A stretch of DNA of 64,000 nt from Thaumarchaeota archaeon UBA164 (GTDB lineage: Archaea > Thermoproteota > Nitrososphaeria > Conexivisphaerales > UBA164). Made by a program: the position numbers and the translations under genes. Positions within the stretch are counted from its first letter, which is position 1, and every line of letters begins with the position of its first letter. Location of the stretch: contig DAJU01000010.1 in the NCBI GenBank assembly GCA_002499005.1, positions 73,750-137,749 on the forward strand. The letters run 5' to 3'. A model generated the notes under the pieces. The model made no database searches and was not told the origin of the DNA. It worked only from the letters and a program-made list of their open reading frames with translations. Positions 18,556 through 27,424 of this stretch are shown here, piece after piece.

Positions 18556-19197
18556 TTAGATTTGGTGCTTTTCTCCTTCGGGGAGCCCTATAGATGAAAG
18601 ATCTGGTAGCTTTTCCTTCATCTTTGCCTCTGCAAGCGCTCCTGCTTCTGCAAGTATCTTCTCTGCGTCCTCGTTTGCGGCTTCGAAGTTCAGGCTTGTG
18701 CCTGTGAGCTGGCCTGCGTCCACCAGTATGCTGCTCAGCAGCTGTGAGATCTCAGTTATTTCGCCTTCAGCTGATGGCATTACCTGCATCAGGCCTGCCC
18801 TGACAGACTTGATCACTGCAAGCGCCGGAGTGAGCGTAACTACTACGTCACCAAGGTCGGTTACAGTGGATAGCCTTGTGACTATCTGCTCAAGCGCCAG
18901 CTTTGCCTGGCTTATCATCTTGTACATCTTCCTTATCTCGGCAAGCTCATTTGCGTATACTGTTGCGTGATCTGTGTCGTGCTTCTGCAGGTAGTTGACT
19001 ATCTTCTGAAAGAGCTGGGTGTCCTTCTCTTTTAGCCTGTTTGATGTGTTGTCGAGCTTTGTTATCTGTATCTGTAGCTGCCTTATAGCTTGGTCTATCC
19101 TTGGCTTTAGAGGCCCTTCGGGCCTCACTGCTGACTTTATTCTATCCCCAAGGCTTTCTCCCTGTGGCGCGTCCCACTTTTTAGCAAACTCGCTCAT
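18556..19197 (-). CDS. cdvB: ESCRT-III CdvB paralog (CdvB1/B2-like, Snf7 family)
   Basis: YANELAEIRKM, KLALEQI..RL.TV..LGD, NEDAEKILAEA, KLPDL. Confidence 0.9.
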   Translation of the reverse strand: MSEFAKKWDAPQGESLGDRIKSAVRPEGPLKPRIDQAIRQLQIQITKLDNTSNRLKEKDTQLFQKIVNYLQKHDTDHATVYANELAEIRKMYKMISQAKLALEQIVTRLSTVTDLGDVVVTLTPALAVIKSVRAGLMQVMPSAEGEITEISQLLSSILVDAGQLTGTSLNFEAANEDAEKILAEAGALAEAKMKEKLPDLSSIGLPEGEKHQI

Positions 19198-19225
19198 TTT
19201 GCGACATCTTCTTAATCTGCCGGCA

Positions 19226-19232
19226 TATTTAA
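19226..19232 (-). promoter_or_regulatory. TATA box candidate for cdvB
   Basis: TTAAATA about 29 nt upstream of the ATG, consistent with a leaderless archaeal promoter. Confidence 0.5.
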
Positions 19233-19427
19233 CGTACTGTAACTGCGCCCGGCTTTACCTTCAGTGACAGGGCCCGCGGTTACAGTATTATGCCTCTTTC
19301 ATACAGAGCAACAGGTCTGAGTGCTGGTTCATCTCCGATAATGGAAAGCGCCTTTCAGCAAAACGGTTTAAGGCACCAAGCTTTCTGGCATGATCCGGCA
19401 TTAAAGACAACCTGTATGAACGACAAA

Positions 19428-20168
19428 ATGAATGTTAAATATGAACTCTGCGAAATAAACGACGTGAACACAGACGATAAATGCACGCCGGACCAGAATG
19501 TCGTGAGGTGTATCTCGCGCATAGCTAGAGTGCTTGGAAGGAGGTTTATGGAATCAATAATTTACAGCGATCCACAATATAAGGCTATAAGGAGCTTGGC
19601 TCTGCGTGCAGACGAACTGCTGCTTTACAGGCTGGTCATTTATAACAGCCTGGTCTCCTACAGGCTCAGGGAAACTGGTGAGGAGTACTGGAGCGCTTTT
19701 GCGCATGAAGTTAGCCTTGACAAGGATCCAATAGCTGCTGTTATTGACTTTATAAGATCCAGGAAGGAACTTGCAGTAAACGGCAAGGTAAAAAGGCTTG
19801 AGGCTTTAAGAGGGCATGATCTGCGCGTGGATTATTACCTAAAACACCCGGCAAAGCTTTACACAGATCTTATGAGCGTATATAAATTCAAGTACAGCAA
19901 GACCGCTGCCTTTGCCGTTAAGATGTTTTGTTATGCGGCTATAGCAAAAGGAAGGAACATCACAATGCCGGCTAGCGTTCCCATGCCTGTTGATTCAAGG
20001 GTGCTAAGGGCTTCTTATAGGATTGGGCTGATAAGCCGTTCATGCAAAAGCCCAGCGGAGGTCGCAAAGGCATGGGAACGCGTTGCGAGGTCTTCAAGGA
20101 TACCTGCGTTAGTGTTGGATAGCTTCGTCTGGGGGTTGATAGAGGGCGAATGGAAAAATCCCTTATAG
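19428..20168 (+). CDS. Archaeal 8-oxoguanine DNA glycosylase/AP lyase (AGOG family); start uncertain (ORF open from 19290)
   Basis: NSLVSYRL..TGEEYW, KTAAFAVKMFCYA, PMPVDSRV, LDSFVW. Confidence 0.82.
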   Translation: MNVKYELCEINDVNTDDKCTPDQNVVRCISRIARVLGRRFMESIIYSDPQYKAIRSLALRADELLLYRLVIYNSLVSYRLRETGEEYWSAFAHEVSLDKDPIAAVIDFIRSRKELAVNGKVKRLEALRGHDLRVDYYLKHPAKLYTDLMSVYKFKYSKTAAFAVKMFCYAAIAKGRNITMPASVPMPVDSRVLRASYRIGLISRSCKSPAEVAKAWERVARSSRIPALVLDSFVWGLIEGEWKNPL

Positions 20169-20175
20169 ATGATGC

Positions 20176-21411
20176 CTATCCGCGTCTGGAGGCAGATACT
20201 ATGTGTATTACGTCCCCGTCCTTAAGCTTGTAAGACGGGGGAAGGCGTATGCCTGTTCTTATATCCAATCCATAAAGTATGCCCTTAACTAATTCGCTGT
20301 GAACAGCCTCAGCAAGGTCAATTATCGTCGAGCCATCCTTGATCAAAATGGCATCAGGCAGAACTCTGCCCTTTTTGTCTGAAAGCCGTTTTGGATCAGC
20401 AACCGGATAGACCACGTTCATCCTGAGCAGCTTAAAGACGACAAAGTTAAGCGCAAATTGAAGGCCATGTCTCATCATCTCCCTCATGGCAAACTTGTTC
20501 ATAAAGTCAAGCGCCCTTTTTTCTTCTGTGGAAAGCTTTTCGTTGTCAACCACGATGTAGTTATCCTCGACCGGGTTGAACTTCACAGCTCCATTTTCAG
20601 AGGCCCTTTTTAGAAGCAGTTCATACCTCCCGCTTACAGGGATTATTGGCTTGTCGGTTATTTTATCCCTCAGCTTTCTGAGCCCGACATCCGCTGTTGG
20701 CAGGTCCATCTTATTGGCAACAATTAGCGTGGGCTTGGAAAGCTCTCTTACCTTTGCAGCAAAGCTCCACAGGAGGTCCTCGTTTGGCCCCTTTACCAAG
20801 TCCTTAACTGACACGTTCAAATCTTCAAGCGCGACCGTTATGTGCTCCTTTGTTACCTTGATGCCAGCCATAACATCTGACAGGACCTTTATCCCTTCCC
20901 TCTCGCTCCCGGCTTCCTCAACCTTTCTTGCAACCCTGCCCAAGTTGTTTTCTATTATCCCCTTAAACCACTGAATTATTTCGCCTTCTATTTCAGTATA
21001 ATCGAGCATTGGATCGCCACTTCCTGGTTCCGCTATCTTTCCTTCTTCGTCTATGCTTCCCGATGCGTCAACCACATGTATGAACGCGTCTGCAACAGCT
21101 GCTGCTGAAAGAAACCTTGTGCCAAGCCCCTTTCCAAGGCTAGCTCCCTTTATAAGCCCTGGCAGGTCCATGAGCTCTACTGGTATATACCTCCACCCAT
21201 CAATGCAGAGCGAGTTAACCGGGTTATCCTTAACCATGAACTCCTTATGCACACAGGGCGTTGTTACATAAGCCTTCCCAATCATGGGCTCCTTAGTTGT
21301 AAATGAATAATCGCCAATTGGCGCGCTTAGCCCTGTGGCGCTGTTAAACAGTGTTGTCTTGCCGGCATTTGTTTTACCCACAAACACAATTCTAATAGTC
21401 ATCCTTAACAC
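20176..21411 (-). CDS. YchF-related OBG-family GTPase with TGS domain
   Basis: GKTNAGKTT, DLPGLIKGA, HVVDASG, NKMD, C-terminal TGS. Confidence 0.9.
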   Translation of the reverse strand: MLRMTIRIVFVGKTNAGKTTLFNSATGLSAPIGDYSFTTKEPMIGKAYVTTPCVHKEFMVKDNPVNSLCIDGWRYIPVELMDLPGLIKGASLGKGLGTRFLSAAAVADAFIHVVDASGSIDEEGKIAEPGSGDPMLDYTEIEGEIIQWFKGIIENNLGRVARKVEEAGSEREGIKVLSDVMAGIKVTKEHITVALEDLNVSVKDLVKGPNEDLLWSFAAKVRELSKPTLIVANKMDLPTADVGLRKLRDKITDKPIIPVSGRYELLLKRASENGAVKFNPVEDNYIVVDNEKLSTEEKRALDFMNKFAMREMMRHGLQFALNFVVFKLLRMNVVYPVADPKRLSDKKGRVLPDAILIKDGSTIIDLAEAVHSELVKGILYGLDIRTGIRLPPSYKLKDGDVIHIVSASRRG

Positions 21412-21451
21412 TTAATTATTAAAAAGGATACTAAAAAACTTTTTAGAAAGA

Positions 21452-22324
21452 CTAGAGCTTTAGTCGCTCCTTTAACAGCTTCGGTATTTCTGAAGGAGAG
21501 CTTGCAACAGCTACGCCTGCCGATTTAAACGCTTCTACCTTGCTTTGCGCTGTTCCCTTGCCACCAGTTATTATTGCACCAGCATGGCCCATGCGTTTCC
21601 CTGGAGGCGCGCTTCTGCCTGCAATGAACGCTACCACGGGCTTTGTGACCTTTCTCTTTATTAACTCAGCTGTTTCCTCCTCGGCAGTCCCGCCTATTTC
21701 GCCCACAACCACTATTGCCTTTGTTCTTTCATCATCTTCAAACATGCTAACCGCTTCCTGCATGTTCGTGCCGACAACCTGGTCGCCTCCTATGCCTATT
21801 ACTGTTGTTTCCCCCAGACCTGCTTCAGTTATCGTGTTAACTATTTCATAGGTTAACGTGCCGCTCCTTGACACAACGCCCACGCTGCCTTCCCTGAATA
21901 TCGAGTTCGGCATTATCCCGTGTTTGGCAATTCCCACAGACGTTATCCCAGGGCAGTTAGGCCCTATTATTCTTGCGCCCCTTATCTTGGCATAAAGCTT
22001 TAGCTTCACCATGTCATGGAAAGGAATGTGCTCTGTGATCACTGTCACCAGCTCTAGCCCGCTGTCTATGGCCTCAACAACTGAATCAAATGCAAAAGGC
22101 GCAGGCACAAACACAACAGATGCCCTTGCACCTGTATTTCTTATAGCTTCACTTACCGAGTTAAACACAGGAACGCCCTTTACAGTTGTCCCCCCCTTCC
22201 CTGGAGTTACGCCGCCGACTATGTTTGTGCCAAAGATCTTCATCTGTTCTGCATGAAAGCTCCCTTGATGCCCGGTTATTCCCTGCACAATCGTTGGAAC
22301 GTTTTCCTTCAGTATAATTGCCAT
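21452..22324 (-). CDS. sucD: Succinyl-CoA synthetase alpha subunit
   Basis: [27 protein letters not shown] phospho-His motif. Confidence 0.96.
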   Translation of the reverse strand: MAIILKENVPTIVQGITGHQGSFHAEQMKIFGTNIVGGVTPGKGGTTVKGVPVFNSVSEAIRNTGARASVVFVPAPFAFDSVVEAIDSGLELVTVITEHIPFHDMVKLKLYAKIRGARIIGPNCPGITSVGIAKHGIMPNSIFREGSVGVVSRSGTLTYEIVNTITEAGLGETTVIGIGGDQVVGTNMQEAVSMFEDDERTKAIVVVGEIGGTAEEETAELIKRKVTKPVVAFIAGRSAPPGKRMGHAGAIITGGKGTAQSKVEAFKSAGVAVASSPSEIPKLLKERLKL

Positions 22325-22327
22325 TCT

Positions 22328-23431
22328 TCATTCACCTGCCAGCCTTATTACCTCCTTAACGGCCTCATCAAGGTTAAGCAGGGACCTTATTCCGTTTTCC
22401 TCAAGAATACGTCTTCCCTCGTCCTCATTTGCGCCCCTTACTCTTACAACCAGTTTAAAGCTTGGCTTGAGCTCCTTGAATGCCTGAACTATGCCCCTAG
22501 CAACCGTGTCACACTTGGTTACGCCGCCAAATATGTTTACAAAAAGAACTTTGTGCGTAACCTTTGAAGCAAGCCTTAATGCGTCAACTACCTTCTGCGG
22601 ATCGTCGGTGCCACCGAGGTCAAAGAAGTCAGCTGGTTTGCCGCCATTAAGGGCTATGAGATCTATTGTTGCCATGTTGAGCCCGGCGCCGTTGGCTATT
22701 ATGCCTATATCACCTTCAAGCTTCACAAATGCTAAGCCCTTTTCTTTTGCTTCTCTTTCAACCGGGTCAAGTATGTAGTATTTGGGCGTTATATCCTTGT
22801 GCCTGAACAACGCGTCGTCCTCTATGGTTATCTTTGAATCAAGGGCCAAGAGCCCGGAGTCTGTATCTGCAAGCGGGTTTATTTCCGCAAGGCTTGCGTC
22901 CATTTCGTCATATATTTTATACAGGCCTTCCAGTATTTTCCCAAGCTGCTCCGCCTTTTCAGAGCTTAGCCCCAGGAAGGAGCTTAGCTCCCTCTTAAGG
23001 TATTGTGTTACTCCAACGAATGGATTTATTGCGTGCCTGTAGATCTTTTCCTGGGGAACCGAGTTTATATCGACACCCCCTTCGGCTGAAGCTAGAACTA
23101 TTGGAAGCTCAACGCTCCTGTCAAGAGTGACGCTGATATAAAGCTCCCTCTTAACGTTAACCGCATCCTCAAGCACAAACGCTTCAGGCTTGAACCCGTC
23201 AAAGCTTATCTGGCTTATCTCCTGTATTGCCTTAATCGCCTCATCACGGCTGTTAACTATCCTGACACCGCCGCGCTTCCCTCTTCCTCCTGTTGGGACC
23301 TGGGCCTTTACAACCATTCTGCCGTTAAACTCAGGGACATCCTCAGGAGCTCTTATGACATGAAAGTTTGGAACAGGTATGCCATATCTTTTAAAGAGCT
23401 CTTTCCCTTCGTATTCCAAAAAATCTACCAT
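22328..23431 (-). CDS. sucC: Succinyl-CoA synthetase beta subunit
   Basis: Start MVDFLEYEGKELF at 23431; KAQV..GGRGKRGGV, NGAGL, NIFGG. Confidence 0.95.
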   Translation of the reverse strand: MVDFLEYEGKELFKRYGIPVPNFHVIRAPEDVPEFNGRMVVKAQVPTGGRGKRGGVRIVNSRDEAIKAIQEISQISFDGFKPEAFVLEDAVNVKRELYISVTLDRSVELPIVLASAEGGVDINSVPQEKIYRHAINPFVGVTQYLKRELSSFLGLSSEKAEQLGKILEGLYKIYDEMDASLAEINPLADTDSGLLALDSKITIEDDALFRHKDITPKYYILDPVEREAKEKGLAFVKLEGDIGIIANGAGLNMATIDLIALNGGKPADFFDLGGTDDPQKVVDALRLASKVTHKVLFVNIFGGVTKCDTVARGIVQAFKELKPSFKLVVRVRGANEDEGRRILEENGIRSLLNLDEAVKEVIRLAGE

Positions 23432-23472
23432 AGCAGGTGATAACCTCCTAAAAGTTAAAAGTTTTTTGGAGA

Positions 23473-23835
23473 TTAAACGACTATTAGCGTATAGGTGCCT
23501 ATCGCCAGCAAAACCGCTATTAGCGCTATTATCACCAGATTTATAGCCCACTGCGCCCTTTTAGGATGTATCCATTCTAGCAATATTATTCTCAGTCCAT
23601 TCATACCGTGTATTACAGCTGCATAAAGCAGTAAACCAAACACTATTCTGTAATATGTTAAATTATGAACCACAAATGAATATGAAAGGGTCTCGTCGAA
23701 GCTTTTGCCAGTTAAGGGGCTGACCAGCAGGAGGTGAAATGTCAACACAAATATCATGATCAATGCAAGCGTGTACATCAGGATCATAACCCATGACTCC
23801 TTTAACAGGCTATACTGGCTTGGCATCTTGCTCAC
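23473..23835 (-). CDS. sdhD: Succinate dehydrogenase membrane anchor subunit D
   Basis: Three TM helices, HGMNGLR heme-ligand motif; operon position. Confidence 0.85.
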   Translation of the reverse strand: MSKMPSQYSLLKESWVMILMYTLALIMIFVLTFHLLLVSPLTGKSFDETLSYSFVVHNLTYYRIVFGLLLYAAVIHGMNGLRIILLEWIHPKRAQWAINLVIIALIAVLLAIGTYTLIVV

Positions 23836-23836
23836 C

Positions 23837-24316
23837 TCATATTACCCCAAGGCCGGCCAACAGGTAAAGGCCTGCCCATATCCAGAGCGCAACCACAACA
23901 GCCGTTATTATGTATACCGCTGCCTTCTGTGGCCTGCTAAGCGATGTAGGTGAATATGGATATTCAGGAAGAACAGGCTTCCCCAGAAGCATGCCAAATA
24001 CCTCGTTTAGAATAAGCCTGAGGCCGTTTGCGCCGTGGTAAAGGGCAGATCCTGCCACAATCCATAGCCCTATCTGCTCCAGTATTCCAAGCGAGCTTAG
24101 CTCTGCAAGCGTCGAGTACCAGATCTGGGGATTATTGTTTAGTACCGCGAGGCCAACGTGATATATTTCAAATATATGCGCTATAAGATAAAGGGCGAGA
24201 ATTACACCGGTTATCCTATGAAGCATGTAAGTATACCTTTCAAGGTTAAAGCCCTTTGGGTTGAGGCTTCTTATAAGGCCTGACTTGTAACCCTTCTCCT
24301 GCTCTTCGCTGCTCAT
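23837..24316 (-). CDS. sdhC: Succinate dehydrogenase cytochrome b subunit C
   Basis: LHRITG and YHGANGLR motifs. Confidence 0.88.
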   Translation of the reverse strand: MSSEEQEKGYKSGLIRSLNPKGFNLERYTYMLHRITGVILALYLIAHIFEIYHVGLAVLNNNPQIWYSTLAELSSLGILEQIGLWIVAGSALYHGANGLRLILNEVFGMLLGKPVLPEYPYSPTSLSRPQKAAVYIITAVVVALWIWAGLYLLAGLGVI

Positions 24317-25128
24317 GCCTGGCTCACCTCTTCAAACTTGTAATCGAAAGGCGGCGGATGCGGGGCATTGTCTGGAACTTTCTCAACTTTGGGAAGAGTT
24401 GCTGGACTTGAGCTTTCCTTCTTTGACCTGAACAGGCGCCTTTTTAGTATGTCCTTCTTAAGGAACTGTATTGCCTTTGCCGGGTCAACACCCTTTGGGC
24501 AAACATAGCTGCATGATCCAGCAAAGTGGCATCTCCAAACGCCGTGAGCGTCGTCAAGAACTTCAAGCCTATCGTCAAGGCCCTCATCTCTTGGATCAGC
24601 AACATACCTGTAGGCCTGCGCAAGGGCCTGTGGCCCAAGGAAAAGCGGGTCAAGGGCCATTGTAGGGCAGGCCGCGTCGCACAGCCCGCACATTATGCAA
24701 TAGTCAAACTGCACAAAGCTCATGTTTTGCTGCGGCGTCACCACAAACTCGGACGACGCATCCTCCAGCTCTTCTGGGTTTCTTCTTATCATCCATGGCT
24801 TAACAGCCCTGTGCTTGCCAACGAAGCCAGTGAGGTCGACAACAAGGTCCCTTAACACTGGGAAGTTATAAAGCGGTTCAACGCGTATTAGCTCAGTCTT
24901 GAGCTCCAGAACCCTTGTCTGACATGCAAGGGATGGCTTTCCGTTTATGACCATACCGCATGAGCCGCATGACCCCATCTGGCAGCTGTGTCTAAATGCC
25001 AACGTATGATCCTGCCTTTCCCTTATTTTGAGGAGGATGTCAAGAACGGTGTCCCTTTCCTTTGCCTCAACTTCGTAGTCCTGCCACCAGCTTTTGCTTC
25101 CATCAAATCTGCGAATCCTTATCTTCAT
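24313..25128 (-). CDS. sdhB: Succinate dehydrogenase iron-sulfur subunit
   Basis: SCQMGSCGSC, CIMCGLCDAACP, CHFAGSCSYVCP. Confidence 0.95.
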   Translation of the reverse strand: MKIRIRRFDGSKSWWQDYEVEAKERDTVLDILLKIRERQDHTLAFRHSCQMGSCGSCGMVINGKPSLACQTRVLELKTELIRVEPLYNFPVLRDLVVDLTGFVGKHRAVKPWMIRRNPEELEDASSEFVVTPQQNMSFVQFDYCIMCGLCDAACPTMALDPLFLGPQALAQAYRYVADPRDEGLDDRLEVLDDAHGVWRCHFAGSCSYVCPKGVDPAKAIQFLKKDILKRRLFRSKKESSSPATLPKVEKVPDNAPHPPPFDYKFEEVSQA

Positions 25129-25129
25129 T

Positions 25130-26875
25130 TTAATACACCCTCGCCACAGGCTTCCACATTGTTATTTTAACCGGGATATATGAAAACTGCGGGCCATCGG
25201 GGCCCTTAACCGCCAGCGTGTGCTTTAGCCAGTTCGCGTCATCCCTGTTCGGATAGTCGATCCTGGCGTGCGCCCCTCTGCTTTCCTTCCTTAGAAGCGC
25301 TCCCGTTGCAATCACCTCTGCTTCGTCAAGCATAAACCCAAGCTCAAGGGCGTGCTGAAGGTTGTAGTTAAACACCCTGCCCCTGTCGCTCAGCCTGATA
25401 TTCTTATACCGCTGCTTCAGCTCTTTTATCTTTTTAACAGCCTCCGCTAGACCAGCTTCATTTCTGTAAACGTGCACGTTTTTTTCCATTGTATCTTTAA
25501 GCTCGTCTCTGAGCTCATACACGTCCTCCCCTCCGCTTTCCCTTCCAAGCACTTCACTGAAAATGCGCCTTTCTTCAGCTTCAAGTACGGAAGGTGAAGC
25601 TGATTGAGGCTCAGGCCTTTCATTTGAAATATAATTATATACTTCATTTCCTACAATATAACCGTAAACCAAGCACTCGTTGGTGCCGTTGGAGCCTAGC
25701 CTGTTGGAGCCCTGTACGCTCACGCACGCGGCTTCCCCTGCGGCCCAGAGCCCCCTTACAGGTCCTGAGGGCGACTGGACGTTTCCATTTATATCCGTAT
25801 GCACGCCGCCCATGTTGTAGTGAACAGTTGGTCTTACAGGCAGTGGCTGGTCCACTATGTCAATTCCCAGGTATTTGAGGCCTATCTCCCTTATAAATGG
25901 GAGCTTGCGCTCTATCTTTTCCTTGCCAAGGTGCCTCATGTCAAGCCATACGTGGTCAAGGCCCGATGCCTCGTCCCTGACGCCCCTGCCCTCGTTTATC
26001 TCGGTCATTATTGCCCTTGACACAATATCCCTGGGAGCTAGCTCCATCTTTGAAGGGGCATATCTTTTCATGAACCTTTCCCCGTCACGATTAACCAGAT
26101 ATGCACCCTCTCCTCTTGCGGCTTCCGTTATCAGGAGGCCTTTTGGCACAAGCCCAGTTGGATGAAATTGGACGAACTCCATGTCCTTTAGGTAAAGCCC
26201 CGCGTTGTAGGCTATTCCATATCCGTCGCCTGTTGAGCTTGCAGCAGTTGATGTTATCCTGTAAAGTTGACCCGCGCCTCCTGTTGCTATAACACCAGCC
26301 TTAGCTCTGAAGAACCTCATGTTGCCGCTTCTGAGGTCTATTGTAGTGAACCCCTTGAACTGATTGTTTTCAATTACAACTGACGTAACAAAGTTTTCAT
26401 CAAACCTTTCCCATCCTTCATATTTAAGAAGAGTGTCATAAAGGGCCCTCATTTCAAAGAACCCTGTTTTATCCTGGGCATAAGTAGCCCTGGGAAAGCT
26501 TAAGCCTCCAAACCATCTTTGCTCTATTCTGCCATCTTCGCGTCTGTTCCATGGGACTCCCCAGCGCTCAATAAGCCTTATCTCCTGGGTTGCAAGATGG
26601 ACAAATCTCCATACAGCATCCTGGTCTGCAAGAAAGTCGCTCCCCTTTATTGTGTCCCATGCATAAAGCTCAAAGCTATCACCCTCCTCGGGGAACAAGA
26701 CTGCTGATGTTCCTCCTTCGGCTGATACTGAATGACTCCTCATCAAATATATCTTAGATATGAGAGCCACCCTGACCTTGCCCCGCCCTCCGTCCTTTCT
26801 CATTATTTCAATAGCTGTTCTGAGGCCGGCGAGGCCAGATCCAACTATCGCAACGTCAAAGTCGAGCTGCTCCAT
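25130..26875 (-). CDS. sdhA: Succinate dehydrogenase flavoprotein subunit
   Basis: GSGLAG, RSHSVSAEGG, QFHPT, TEAARGEG, ELAPRD, NRLGSN. Confidence 0.96.
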   Translation of the reverse strand: MEQLDFDVAIVGSGLAGLRTAIEIMRKDGGRGKVRVALISKIYLMRSHSVSAEGGTSAVLFPEEGDSFELYAWDTIKGSDFLADQDAVWRFVHLATQEIRLIERWGVPWNRREDGRIEQRWFGGLSFPRATYAQDKTGFFEMRALYDTLLKYEGWERFDENFVTSVVIENNQFKGFTTIDLRSGNMRFFRAKAGVIATGGAGQLYRITSTAASSTGDGYGIAYNAGLYLKDMEFVQFHPTGLVPKGLLITEAARGEGAYLVNRDGERFMKRYAPSKMELAPRDIVSRAIMTEINEGRGVRDEASGLDHVWLDMRHLGKEKIERKLPFIREIGLKYLGIDIVDQPLPVRPTVHYNMGGVHTDINGNVQSPSGPVRGLWAAGEAACVSVQGSNRLGSNGTNECLVYGYIVGNEVYNYISNERPEPQSASPSVLEAEERRIFSEVLGRESGGEDVYELRDELKDTMEKNVHVYRNEAGLAEAVKKIKELKQRYKNIRLSDRGRVFNYNLQHALELGFMLDEAEVIATGALLRKESRGAHARIDYPNRDDANWLKHTLAVKGPDGPQFSYIPVKITMWKPVARVY

Positions 26876-26923
26876 CTCTTATCAATAAGGTAGAGCCATG
26901 ACGATTTTTATGCCTTTCTAAGT

Positions 26924-27370
26924 TCAATTATTTGATGCTGATCCCTTTTCTTTCATAATAACCCTTATATAGTCTATTTTGGTTTCAGGATACTGACCCG
27001 TTTCATCCTTTTCATATTTTTTAACCATATCCCATATGTTAAGCAAAGCCACCGAAACGCCATATAGCGCTTCCATTTCAACGCCGGTCTTTGCGGTAGC
27101 CTTTACCTCTACTGTAACCTTGACCCCGGTTTCATCAATTGAGGCCTCCGCTAAGGTGTTTTCTATAAGAATCTGGTGGCAAAAGGTTATGGCCTCCGGT
27201 GTTCTCTTTACGGCCTGGATGGCTGAAAGCTCTGCAACCTTTAACGGGTCGCCCTTTTCCACGTTGCCCTCTGCTATTCGTTTTAGAGTTTCAGGCCTTA
27301 GCCTTATATGCCCAGCGGCAATAGCAACCCTCCTTTGCACAGGCTTACCCGAAATATCTACTGACTTCAC
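26924..27370 (-). CDS. moaC: Cyclic pyranopterin monophosphate synthase MoaC
   Basis: VDISGK, KGD, FCH, KTGVEMEAL, WDMVK. Confidence 0.93.
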   Translation of the reverse strand: MKSVDISGKPVQRRVAIAAGHIRLRPETLKRIAEGNVEKGDPLKVAELSAIQAVKRTPEAITFCHQILIENTLAEASIDETGVKVTVEVKATAKTGVEMEALYGVSVALLNIWDMVKKYEKDETGQYPETKIDYIRVIMKEKGSASNN

Positions 27371-27424
27371 ATGCTGTTTAGCCTTAAAATTAAATTTAAG
27401 GCGTTCTGTGAAATACCAAAGCTT

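Noticed and set aside
23432..23551. 40-aa N-terminal extension of SucC in the ORF track
   Set aside because: Overlaps sdhD; homology begins at MVDFLEYEGK (23431)
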